Assembly: GCA_963678315.1 (NCBI GenBank)
Contig: OY782781.1
Coordinates: 160,001 to 224,000, forward strand
Length of the DNA stretch: 64,000 nt
Reading direction: 5' to 3'
From: Candidatus Cloacimonadales bacterium
GTDB taxonomy: Bacteria > Cloacimonadota > Cloacimonadia > Cloacimonadales > JAFGVF01
Part shown: in pieces, positions 39,999 to 49,201 of the stretch
Layout: each line of letters starts with the position of its first letter
Position numbering within the stretch: the stretch's first letter is position 1
The notes under the pieces: generated by a model
Databases searched by the model: none
Told to the model about the DNA's origin: nothing
The model's input: only the letters and a program-made list of their open reading frames with translations
Translations under genes and position numbers: made by a program

Positions 39999-41180
39999 AT
40001 GATTGAAGTAATTAGAGATAAGTGTGTCGGCTGTGGTAAATGCCTAAAGGCATGTGCCTATGGCGCAATCACAATTATTGATAAAGTTGCAGAAATTAAT
40101 GCTGATAAATGTGTTCTGTGTGGAGCCTGTGTCTCTGCATGTCCTTTCGAAGCAATATTTATTAGAAAATTAAGTCAAGAACATGTAAATAAAGATGAAT
40201 ATAAAAATGTGTGGGTGTTTGTTGAACAACATGAGGGTATTATAGCTCCAGTTGTTTATGAACTTCTTGGTAAAGGAAAAGAGCTTGCTGAAGATAGAGA
40301 AAGCAAATTATGTGCTGTTCTTTTAGGTAAGAATGTAAAAGGATTAGTTGATAATCTTTATCATCATGGTGCTGAAACTGTATATATGATTGATGATGCT
40401 CTGTTAGAGAGTTTTACCGATGATATGTATGCACTAGCTCTTCAACAACTTGTTGAAAAATATAAACCAGAAATAATTCTTACTGGTGCAACCAATATGG
40501 GTAGATCATTTGCACCTAGAGTTGCAACAGCAATTAATGCAGGTCTAACAGCGGACTGTACAGAACTTTCAATTGATAGTGAAACTACCAACTTGATACA
40601 GACTCGACCAGCTTTTGGTGGCAACATCATGGCTAGAATTGAAACACCTAACCATAGACCTCAAATGGCAACAGTTAGATATAAAGTTATGACTCCTGCA
40701 ACAATGAATGAAAGTCTTAAAGGTGAACTAGTAGAAGAAAAATTAGAGATTGATGGAATTGAAAGATTAACTAAGTTCATCAAGAAAGTTAAATCAGAAA
40801 GTGCTTTAGCAAATATAACAGATGCAAACATTATTGTAGCTGGTGGTAGAGGATTAAAGAATGCTGATAACTTCAAGATATTAGAAGATTTAGCAGCCCT
40901 TCTTGGTGGTGCAGTAGGTGCTTCAAGAGCAGCGGTAGATAACGAATGGATTCCTTACCCACATCAAGTTGGTCAAACAGGTAAAACTGTTAAGCCTTCA
41001 ATTTACATTGCTATTGGTATTTCTGGAGCTATCCAACATCTAGCTGGAATGGCTTCATCTGATTACATTATTGCTATTAATAAAGATCCTGAAGCTCCAA
41101 TATTTAAAGCAGCTGATTTAGGTATTATTGGAGATCTATTTGAAATAGTCCCACAACTTATTAAGAAATTAGAAGACTAA
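39999..41180 (+). CDS. etfA: Electron transfer flavoprotein alpha subunit with N-terminal 2x[4Fe-4S] ferredoxin domain
   Basis: CVGCGKCLKAC and CVLCGACVSACP; GLTADCT, RPAFGGN, GASRAAVD, QVGQTGK, GISGAIQHLAGM. Confidence 0.93.
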   Translation: MIEVIRDKCVGCGKCLKACAYGAITIIDKVAEINADKCVLCGACVSACPFEAIFIRKLSQEHVNKDEYKNVWVFVEQHEGIIAPVVYELLGKGKELAEDRESKLCAVLLGKNVKGLVDNLYHHGAETVYMIDDALLESFTDDMYALALQQLVEKYKPEIILTGATNMGRSFAPRVATAINAGLTADCTELSIDSETTNLIQTRPAFGGNIMARIETPNHRPQMATVRYKVMTPATMNESLKGELVEEKLEIDGIERLTKFIKKVKSESALANITDANIIVAGGRGLKNADNFKILEDLAALLGGAVGASRAAVDNEWIPYPHQVGQTGKTVKPSIYIAIGISGAIQHLAGMASSDYIIAINKDPEAPIFKAADLGIIGDLFEIVPQLIKKLED

Positions 41181-41181
41181 A

Positions 41182-42390
41182 ATGAAAATATATGCAGACA
41201 AGGTTGTTTTTTCAGTAGATAGAGTTGAAGATAATGCTTTTATTGAGCTTGATTTAGAAAGTAAAGATAAAAAGAATAATACTCTAACTTTTGAAAATGC
41301 AACCCTGTATCCTGCATTGATTAATTCCCATGACCACTTAGTAGGTAATTGGTTTCCTCGAGCTGTTACAAAAGAAAAGTTTCCAAATTCTCATGAATGG
41401 GTTGAGAAAATGAAAAGTCATCCTACATATCTAGATAGGAATAAATTCTGGGTTAATGATGGTTCATTTGTTCTTACAGGTGAAAAAGAGCTCACACTCT
41501 GCAATCTTGGAGCTTATAAGAATATATTTGCTGGTTGTAGTGTTGTGCAAGATCATGCACCAAATCAAACAAGTGACTATTATCAACAATTCCCAATCAA
41601 TATAATAGAAGACTATCGTCAGTGCCACTCATTACCATTAGGCAACTGGTGGGGTGGAGAGAGCGCTGAAAAAGAGTTCATGCTCTCCGAAGGTAAAATA
41701 CCATTCATTACACACTTGGGGGAAGGTACAGACCATATCACAGCAAATGAATTCTATGATTTAAAGAAAAGAGGACTCTTATCCTCAAACACTTTATTAA
41801 TCCATGGTATTGCTTTTAATAGAGAGAACCTTAAAGATATAGCTGAAGCAGGCGCTTCAATTTGTTGGTGCCCTGTTTCTAACATTAACTTAATAGGCAA
41901 AACCCTTGATATTGAGGCTTGTTTAGAGTTAGGTGTAAATATTGTTTTAGGTACAGATTCAACCTTATCAGGAGGAATTAATCTTCTTGATGAACTGAAC
42001 TTTGCCTATTCCCTATTTCCACAAATACCTTCTAAAGAGCTTTACAAAATGATATCCACCAATGCTAGATATGCTTTGAGACTTTGCCAAGATTATGCTG
42101 AAATAAGCTCAACTAATTCTGATATTGTAGTCTTTGATAAGAAAGAGATTAATCCTTTTGATAACTTGCTCAATGTTCAATCAGAGAATATTAAGCTTCT
42201 CACTCATGCAGGTAAAGCAATCTATGGAGATGCTGAATATCTTCAATACTTTGACTTTGATGCAAAAGAATATTCTAATATAGAGATTAATGGTCGTAAG
42301 AAGTTTGTTATCGGGAATCCACAAGAACTTATAGACCAAGTTAACAGCTATCTAGACTACACCAAGCACTTACCTTACTTACCATTCTAA
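41182..42390 (+). CDS. Amidohydrolase family (deaminase-like) protein
   Basis: INSHDHL, THLGEG, LIHG, WCPVSN, LGTDS. Confidence 0.82.
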   Translation: MKIYADKVVFSVDRVEDNAFIELDLESKDKKNNTLTFENATLYPALINSHDHLVGNWFPRAVTKEKFPNSHEWVEKMKSHPTYLDRNKFWVNDGSFVLTGEKELTLCNLGAYKNIFAGCSVVQDHAPNQTSDYYQQFPINIIEDYRQCHSLPLGNWWGGESAEKEFMLSEGKIPFITHLGEGTDHITANEFYDLKKRGLLSSNTLLIHGIAFNRENLKDIAEAGASICWCPVSNINLIGKTLDIEACLELGVNIVLGTDSTLSGGINLLDELNFAYSLFPQIPSKELYKMISTNARYALRLCQDYAEISSTNSDIVVFDKKEINPFDNLLNVQSENIKLLTHAGKAIYGDAEYLQYFDFDAKEYSNIEINGRKKFVIGNPQELIDQVNSYLDYTKHLPYLPF

Positions 42391-42422
42391 ACAAACATAA
42401 CAAAGATTAAAGAATACAAGAA

Positions 42423-43061
42423 ATGATAAAATTAGTAGAAATTTTCTGTAGCATTCAAGGTGAATCATCATATACTGGATATCCATGTATATTTGTTAGA
42501 TTCGCTGAATGCAATTTAAGATGCAATTATTGTGATACAACATATAGCTATGATACTAAGTTCTCTAAATCTGTTACTGAGATTATTGATGAGATTAGGA
42601 AATATCACCCAATAAAACTTGTTGAAATCACAGGAGGAGAACCACTCCTTCAAAACAAAGTAGTAGATCTAATTGAAGAGCTTCAAAAGCTTGATTACAA
42701 AGTGCTTTTAGAAACTAACGGTTCTTTACCGATAGACAAAATAAATGATAAAGTCCATAAAATTATTGATGTAAAATGTCCAGATAGTGCTTCAGGTGAT
42801 TCTTTCTGCATGACAAATTTAGAGAAGATGTCAGCAACAGATGAGCTTAAATTTGTAATATCAAGTTATAGAGATTATTGCTGGGCAAAAGACTTTATTT
42901 ATAAGAATGCTATACAAGATAAGAATATCCTGTTTTCTCCTGTGTTTAATAAGATAAATCCTGAGATTCTAGTTAATTGGATTGTTGAAGATAAGCTTCC
43001 TGTTAGATTCCAACTCCAGATTCATAAATACATCTGGGATCCTAACAAACAAGGGGTTTAG
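42423..43061 (+). CDS. queE: 7-carboxy-7-deazaguanine synthase-like radical SAM protein
   Basis: EIF.SIQGE, CNLRCNYCDT, TGGEPLLQ, ETNG, QLQIHKYIW. Confidence 0.88.
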   Translation: MIKLVEIFCSIQGESSYTGYPCIFVRFAECNLRCNYCDTTYSYDTKFSKSVTEIIDEIRKYHPIKLVEITGGEPLLQNKVVDLIEELQKLDYKVLLETNGSLPIDKINDKVHKIIDVKCPDSASGDSFCMTNLEKMSATDELKFVISSYRDYCWAKDFIYKNAIQDKNILFSPVFNKINPEILVNWIVEDKLPVRFQLQIHKYIWDPNKQGV

Positions 43062-43801
43062 TTAATACTTAAGGATCTTAGCGAAACTTCTTTATGTAAT
43101 GTAGTGGATATATGGAGCAGTAGTAGTCTGTGAATTTCTTGCTCTACTTGTTGTTCTATATTCAAGTCTTCTATATAGTTCCCTATTGTTGGTAATAAGA
43201 TTAGGATTTCTTGGGCTTCTTGGCTGATATGTTTATCCTTTATGCTAGAACAGGATAGACAGGCAAAACCATGATTTTCTGTAGAATAAGCAAATCCATC
43301 CTCTAATCCAGAGTTACATGAATTACATTTAGTTAAATTTAGAGGTATGCCTAACAGAGAGAAATATCTAAGAACAAATCGCCAAAATATAAGCACATGA
43401 TTCTTCTCTATAGATGCTATATATTCAAGATAAGTACCTAGCAAGTGGAAGATAGAAGCTGAATCATCGTCAGAATTAAGTGCAGTTCTATCAAGTAGTT
43501 CAACTGCTGCATTCTGATAAAGAAATACATTATAATTTGATGTATAAGAAAGAGATGATACTAATTCAACATTACGTATAGAATATATTTCAGAGCTATT
43601 AGTCTTACCAGCTTCGAACTTAATGTAATTCAAAAGACTGATTACCCCCTGCAAATTACTCTTCTTAGCTCTTATTCCTGTTACATGCGCTTGAATTACA
43701 CCATGTTCAGGCGTGATAATATGGACAATAGCCTTACTATCACGATACCTGACAATCTTAATAATAATCCCTTCAAAAACTCTATTGTAATTAGTTACCA
43801 T
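43058..43801 (-). CDS. recO: DNA repair protein RecO
   Basis: N-terminal OB-fold pattern (GIIIK..YRDS..IV...T..HG) and CxxC...CxxC zinc finger. Confidence 0.8.
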   Translation of the reverse strand: MVTNYNRVFEGIIIKIVRYRDSKAIVHIITPEHGVIQAHVTGIRAKKSNLQGVISLLNYIKFEAGKTNSSEIYSIRNVELVSSLSYTSNYNVFLYQNAAVELLDRTALNSDDDSASIFHLLGTYLEYIASIEKNHVLIFWRFVLRYFSLLGIPLNLTKCNSCNSGLEDGFAYSTENHGFACLSCSSIKDKHISQEAQEILILLPTIGNYIEDLNIEQQVEQEIHRLLLLHISTTLHKEVSLRSLSIN

Positions 43802-45266
43802 TTATCTTATTTATCTTTTCACTTGCTTGACGATAATCCATAGGATTAACATAGATAGTTTTTTGGTTAGTATAAGTAACATAGCCTGCAACAGCTCCTC
43901 TCGGCTTTCTTACATATCTTATTTGAGTGTAATCTACTGGCACATTTTCAGACTTCTTTGCCTTGCTGTAGTAAGCTGCAAGCTGAGAACATATTATTCG
44001 ATATTTATCTGGAAGTTGCTTATTAGAGTAATTTCTAAGAACAACATGAGTTCCTTGGAAGATTCTAGTATGAAACCACCAATCCCTATTCTTAGCAACT
44101 CTGCAAGTAAGAATATCATTTTCTTTGGAGGAACGTCCTATATATATTTCCCAGTCATCATCTATTTTTATTCTCCTAAATAGAACTTTATCATCCATGC
44201 TTTGCTTCTGGGAATCCCTATTCTTTTGCATCTTCTGAAGTTCTAGATAGTCACTTTCACCCTCTATACCATTAATCTTAGACTCAATCTTAGCTATTTC
44301 TTCCATTGTTTTAGCAATCTGCTTTTTGATAATTTCTATACCAGATTTTGCTTTCTTATATTTCTTATAATAATGATTGATATTTTGTTGAATATTCTTT
44401 TCTTCTTGAATTGGGATTTCTATTTCAGGGAATGAGTCATCAAAGTAATTAACTAGCTTCACAGAAGTCATACCTTTCTTTACAAGATGAATATTGCTTT
44501 TAAGAAGTTCTGCATAATGAAACCATTTATCTACAGAAGTGGCACTCTCAAGTTCACTATGTTGCTTGAGCAATTTCTTCTTTGATTTCTTAAGAGTATT
44601 ATTAGCTTGTTTTACTAAGGATTTCTGAATATCAAGACCTTTTTTCTTTAATATATAATCATAATAAAGTGTCTCAAACAGCACATTTACATCAGAGTAT
44701 TCACTGTCTTTATCTTCATTAATCCGTCCTTTATCATCTATTGACAAGGATAAGTCAACATCACTTTTATCAGCTTTAAAATCAGTAATTGGGGCTTTCC
44801 ACTCCATTTTAGCAAGAATCTGTCTTTGATTGTTTTCAGCAAAGCTAAACTTTTTCAGAGCTTCTTTTATTATGAGTTCATTGCCCTGCTTTTCAGTCAG
44901 AATAATATTTTCAAAACCAGCAGCAAATTCTAATATAAGAACATATTTCTTAACTTCATTATAGATATCCTTTTTGATAAATTCCAGCATATAAATACGG
45001 TCATTATCCATTATAGAAACTTGAACAAGTCTTGATTTCTTGAGATTTTGCTCAAATATGTTCAGATGCTTATCTTCTTCAAATGGTAAATAGTCATTAT
45101 CAGTTACAAACATAAATGAGTTTCCTTGATTCAGCGATATCTGTAGTCCCTCATTCTCTTTAAAGAAAGTGATGAGATATTGGTCCTGAAACCTAGTAAT
45201 TTTCTTTACTTCTTTATCTTTTAGTTGGATTCTTTTGCTCCAAGCATGTAAATATTTGTATTTCAT
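43791..45266 (-). CDS. NFACT/RqcH (Rqc2/FbpA) family protein
   Basis: DNDRI, YYKKYKKAK, IGRSSKEND, WWFHTRIFQGTHVVL, AAYYSKA, VDYT...VRKP.GA..G.V.Y. Confidence 0.88.
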   Translation of the reverse strand: MKYKYLHAWSKRIQLKDKEVKKITRFQDQYLITFFKENEGLQISLNQGNSFMFVTDNDYLPFEEDKHLNIFEQNLKKSRLVQVSIMDNDRIYMLEFIKKDIYNEVKKYVLILEFAAGFENIILTEKQGNELIIKEALKKFSFAENNQRQILAKMEWKAPITDFKADKSDVDLSLSIDDKGRINEDKDSEYSDVNVLFETLYYDYILKKKGLDIQKSLVKQANNTLKKSKKKLLKQHSELESATSVDKWFHYAELLKSNIHLVKKGMTSVKLVNYFDDSFPEIEIPIQEEKNIQQNINHYYKKYKKAKSGIEIIKKQIAKTMEEIAKIESKINGIEGESDYLELQKMQKNRDSQKQSMDDKVLFRRIKIDDDWEIYIGRSSKENDILTCRVAKNRDWWFHTRIFQGTHVVLRNYSNKQLPDKYRIICSQLAAYYSKAKKSENVPVDYTQIRYVRKPRGAVAGYVTYTNQKTIYVNPMDYRQASEKINKINGN

Positions 45267-45381
45267 TAGTTCTCCTTGTTAAATCAGACATTTTCCTAAA
45301 AAAATGTCAATAAATTTCTTGACATGGAATATTGATTAAATAGCGTTTTTAGTGACTAAGTGATTAATAAAAGGAGACAGA

Positions 45382-46281
45382 ATGAAAGTAACAAACATTG
45401 CATTGATTGGGTTTATTGTACTTTCTGCTATTCTTGGATTTTTGTTGATTCAAGATTCAGATAATAACGCAGATGCTAACTCAGAAGCTAATGACACAGG
45501 TGCAAGCCTTGCTGAACTTGAGAATATGAACAACACTTTAGTAGAAGAAAAACAAGTACTTCTTGCAAAGATTGAAGATTATCGTGCTAAAGAACAATAC
45601 TACGCAGAAGTAGAAAAAAAGCTACAGGCTATAACAAATATCTCAAACACCGGTGATGATCTTACATTGGCAAACAATGATTCAGACCCAAGTAGTGTTA
45701 TAAGTCAATCTATTGCAGTTTTAGAGAAAAATCAAAAAGAAATGAATTCTTTGAGAAAGGAAAGAAAAAGACTTAGAACTGAAATCGATAAGCTTAAAAA
45801 GAAGTTAAGTGCATCTGATGCAGATAATGCTAAGATTCAAGGACAAATTGAAAAGCTTCAAAGTCAAATGAATCTTACAGATGTTCAAATCACACAACTT
45901 CAAAATAAAATTGATAAGACAGAGCAACTAATTGCTAAGAAGGATATTGAAATCAATACTATCTATTATGTAGTGGGAACTAAAGGACAACTTCGTGAAA
46001 AAGGTATCACTCAAAAGGAAGGTGGTGTACTTTGGGGTTTACTTGGTGCTACTGAAGATGTAAGAAATGACTTTAGTCAAAAAGAATTCAGAACTCAAAA
46101 CTTGGCTCAAAGTGATGAAATTGAAATCAATGCTAACATTGATGATATCATTATCCATTCTAAACAACTTAAATCAGCTTATGAACTAGTTTCTATTGAT
46201 GAAAATAGCACTATCTTAAAAGTTAAAGATCATGAAAAGTTTAGAAAAGATAAACACTTAGTAATTGAGATTGAAGATTAA
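45382..46281 (+). CDS. Membrane-anchored coiled-coil protein, Cbp1-like
   Basis: N-terminal TM, long coiled coil, NTIYYVVGTKGQLREKGITQKEGG motif. Confidence 0.65.
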   Translation: MKVTNIALIGFIVLSAILGFLLIQDSDNNADANSEANDTGASLAELENMNNTLVEEKQVLLAKIEDYRAKEQYYAEVEKKLQAITNISNTGDDLTLANNDSDPSSVISQSIAVLEKNQKEMNSLRKERKRLRTEIDKLKKKLSASDADNAKIQGQIEKLQSQMNLTDVQITQLQNKIDKTEQLIAKKDIEINTIYYVVGTKGQLREKGITQKEGGVLWGLLGATEDVRNDFSQKEFRTQNLAQSDEIEINANIDDIIIHSKQLKSAYELVSIDENSTILKVKDHEKFRKDKHLVIEIED

Positions 46282-46315
46282 GTAATAAAGCAATCTAACT
46301 AGATTAATTAAATAT

Positions 46316-46346
46316 GAGAGTCTTGACCTAGTCGAGACTCTTTTTT
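46316..46346 (+). terminator. Terminator hairpin
   Basis: gagagtcttgac-cta-gtcgagactct followed by a T-run. Confidence 0.7.
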
Positions 46347-46608
46347 CGTAAGCAGGGATGCTTACAATCCTAGTTGGTACTTTTCATAAGCAGGGATGCT
46401 TACAATCCTAGTTGGTTCTTTTTCGTAAGCAGGGATGCTTACAATCCTAGTTGGTACTTTTCATAAGCAGGGATGCTTACAATCCTAGTTGGTTCTTTTT
46501 CGTAAGCAGGGATGCTTACAATCCTAGTTGGTTCTTTTTCGTAAGCAGGGATGCTTACAATCCTAGTTGGTACTTTTTCGTAAGCAGGGATGCTTACAAT
46601 CCTAGTTG
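46341..46608. repeat. Tandem array of 7 palindromic 38/39-bp units
   Basis: Core taagcagggatgcttacaatcctagttg starts at 46349, 46387, 46426, 46464, 46503, 46542, 46581. Confidence 0.95.
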
Positions 46609-46747
46609 CTTTTTAGTAGCCTCCTGCATTAAATCATGTTTTTATGCAGGAGGAAAGTAAGTTTTCAGTTGAAATTGATGAACTTTACATGCAAAAAGAA
46701 CCAAGCTGTTAAACTTGGTCCTTTCATAATTTTCTATAGTTTTGTTA

Positions 46748-47341
46748 TTATTTCTCTAAGAATTCTTTTAATATAACATCGTCTAAGCTTCTTTTAGGCA
46801 CATGATGACTTTGGTCTTCATCTCTCCAGTATTCAATGCTATTTAGACTAGAAGCTTCTTCTAATACAATCTTTTCATCTGGAATACCTAGAGCTAAGCA
46901 TAGTAAAATTGATTCTTCTTCTTCCAGTTGCAAAACACTCTTCAATAGTGGTTTATTTATAGAAGCAATCATACAGCCACCATAACCTTTTTCTACAGCA
47001 GATAAAAGAATAGTTTGAGCTGCAATTCCTGCATCGAAATGAGAATACTTCTCAAATTTTTCATTAGCAGTTATTACAATATAAGCACATGGGCGCTCAT
47101 CTGGAGAAGGTCCATCCCAATCAGTAAGATATCCAGCCCAATTCAAACATCTATAGATTTCATCATTTTCTCTTTTAGTGTTAGAAATAGAGTATCTTAG
47201 AACTTGCAAATTCGCAGCACTAGCAACCTTAGTTGCATTGTCTACAAGTTCGTGTAGATCCTTGCTATTAATTCTACATTCATTTTTGAATCTTCTATAA
47301 GATCTATTCTTTATAATAATTTCTGATAATTTCATAAACAC
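46748..47341 (-). CDS. Nitroreductase family protein
   Basis: RSYRRF, ASAANLQ, DAGIAAQTILLSAVEKGYGGC, HHVPKRSL. Confidence 0.9.
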   Translation of the reverse strand: MFMKLSEIIIKNRSYRRFKNECRINSKDLHELVDNATKVASAANLQVLRYSISNTKRENDEIYRCLNWAGYLTDWDGPSPDERPCAYIVITANEKFEKYSHFDAGIAAQTILLSAVEKGYGGCMIASINKPLLKSVLQLEEEESILLCLALGIPDEKIVLEEASSLNSIEYWRDEDQSHHVPKRSLDDVILKEFLEK

Positions 47342-47343
47342 CT

Positions 47344-48078
47344 CTACTTTTCTGTCTTTGTTCCTTCTAAAGTAAGTGGTTCTTCTGCAAAATTCTGGAT
47401 TATATGAGTGTAACCTTTATAGTTTTTAAGTCTTTCAAAACTCATTTTCTTACCATTGGCTGTAACATCATAATAGTCTCTAATATCGAGATTAAGTTTT
47501 ACCAGTCCACCATCAATAAGAGTTGAAGGATACCAGAACATATTTCCATTTAGTTTGAATCTATCTTTCTTTCTTTCAAATGCTTCGCCTTTTGACTGTA
47601 CAGATAATGAGTATTTAACAAAAACTCTTACTTTGTTAGTTGTATTTTCTAGAATTTCATCAGTAACTTGGAAACGCCAGATATTGCCTAAAAACTTGAT
47701 TCTTTTAACGTCTTTGTATTCTATTGGAAGGTTAAAATTGTTTTGATTAAATGAGTATATCTCTTCTAAAACACCTTTCTTTCCATTAATTTGGAAATCT
47801 AACATTTTTGTATCTTCATCTAGAATAAAGCACATTTTCTCTAGATTATCAAAGTTTTCTTTGGGGATAGAGATATAGCTAGCAACAACTAATTTTCGTT
47901 CTTCTTCATCGTAAAATATTTGTAGGTTTTGTTCATCGTATTGCATGAAGAAAAGGGTATCTTCATATACAGATTCATCTCTTTCATACAAGGCGTTTTT
48001 ATCGCCAGAAACAGACATGCTACATCCAATAATTGTAATAAAAGCAACTAAGCAAAACAAATAAAAAATTCTTATCAT
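47344..48078 (-). CDS. Hypothetical lipoprotein
   Basis: Lipobox IIGC; RBS AGGGAG. Confidence 0.7.
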   Translation of the reverse strand: MIRIFYLFCLVAFITIIGCSMSVSGDKNALYERDESVYEDTLFFMQYDEQNLQIFYDEEERKLVVASYISIPKENFDNLEKMCFILDEDTKMLDFQINGKKGVLEEIYSFNQNNFNLPIEYKDVKRIKFLGNIWRFQVTDEILENTTNKVRVFVKYSLSVQSKGEAFERKKDRFKLNGNMFWYPSTLIDGGLVKLNLDIRDYYDVTANGKKMSFERLKNYKGYTHIIQNFAEEPLTLEGTKTEK

Positions 48079-48184
48079 TAAATCTCCCTAATAAATAATC
48101 ACTCTTCTATAAGAAAATTTAACTATTATGAAATGTCAAGAATTGTTTTTCAAAGTGCTATAATAAAAGCTACGAGAACAATAA

Positions 48185-49198
48185 CTAGATGTATCTTACT
48201 CCCTTTGAAGAAAAAGCATTCACATTCAGTTCAGAAAACTCTTTTTTCTTGTATTTTCTGACAGCTGCTGCCCCTATCATAGCAGCATTATCCATACAAT
48301 ATTTTAAAGGTGGAACAAATAATTCTGCCCCAATCTTCTTTGCTTCCAGAGAAACTTTATTTCTAAGTCCCTTATTGGCAGACACACCGCCAGCTATAAT
48401 CAGCTTTTTTATCTTTTTCTCTTTAGCATAAGCTATCATCTTTTTAGATAAGATATTAACAATTGCTTTCTGCAAAGAAGCACAAATATGGTGTTTGTTT
48501 TCATCAATAAATTCAGGAGTTTGTGATTTAACGTAATTCATGACAGATGTTTTTAAACCAGAAAAACTAAAGTCGTATACACCTTTTCTATTTAGTCCCA
48601 TTGGAAAATCTACAAAAGAGTCATCTCCGGTATGTGCTAGTTTATCAACAATTGGTCCACCTGGATAACCTAATCCAAGAAGTTTGGCACTCTTATCAAA
48701 AGCTTCTCCGGCTGCATCATCTCTTGTTCTTCCAATGATTTCAAAGTCTTCTTCAGTTTTGAAGTGAACTAGTTCTGTATGCCCCCCCGAAACAACAAGA
48801 GCAAGGTAAGGAGGTTTTAAATCTGGGTTTGCTATTTTATTAGCAGCTATATGTCCTAGCATGTGATTAACAGTGATTAGAGGAATATCTAAAGAGAAAG
48901 CCAAGCCTTTAGCAAAAGAAAGTCCCACTAGAAGTGCTCCAATTAATCCCGGATTAACAGAAACTGCTATTGCAGAAATATCTTTATAAGTTAAATTCGC
49001 TTCTTTCATGGCAATGTCAGTTAACTTCATAATAGATTTCATGTGCAAACGAGAAGCAATTTCGGGTACTACTCCACCATATTTTTCATGCTCTAACTGG
49101 GATGATATCAAGTTACAATAAACATTATATTCTGTATCAATAACAGCAACAGATGTATCATCACATGATGTTTCAAAGGCTAAGACATACTCTTTCAT
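48185..49198 (-). CDS. tsaD: tRNA N6-threonylcarbamoyladenosine transferase TsaD
   Basis: ETSCDDT, GGVVPEIASRLH, VNHMLGH, VSGGHT, DDAAGEAFDK, DNAAMIG. Confidence 0.98.
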   Translation of the reverse strand: MKEYVLAFETSCDDTSVAVIDTEYNVYCNLISSQLEHEKYGGVVPEIASRLHMKSIMKLTDIAMKEANLTYKDISAIAVSVNPGLIGALLVGLSFAKGLAFSLDIPLITVNHMLGHIAANKIANPDLKPPYLALVVSGGHTELVHFKTEEDFEIIGRTRDDAAGEAFDKSAKLLGLGYPGGPIVDKLAHTGDDSFVDFPMGLNRKGVYDFSFSGLKTSVMNYVKSQTPEFIDENKHHICASLQKAIVNILSKKMIAYAKEKKIKKLIIAGGVSANKGLRNKVSLEAKKIGAELFVPPLKYCMDNAAMIGAAAVRKYKKKEFSELNVNAFSSKGVRYI

Positions 49199-49201
49199 TT
49201 A

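Noticed and set aside
42423..43061. 7-deazaguanine DNA modification (dpd) defence island
   Set aside because: Only queE is present; no dpdA/tgt-like, queC/queD or restriction genes nearby.
46341..46608. CRISPR array
   Set aside because: Linkers are 10-11 bp and repeat each other; no unique spacers and no cas genes in the window.
46451..46660. 69-aa ORF with SRDAYNPSW repeats
   Set aside because: Just the translation of the 39-bp units; TTG start inside the array, no RBS.
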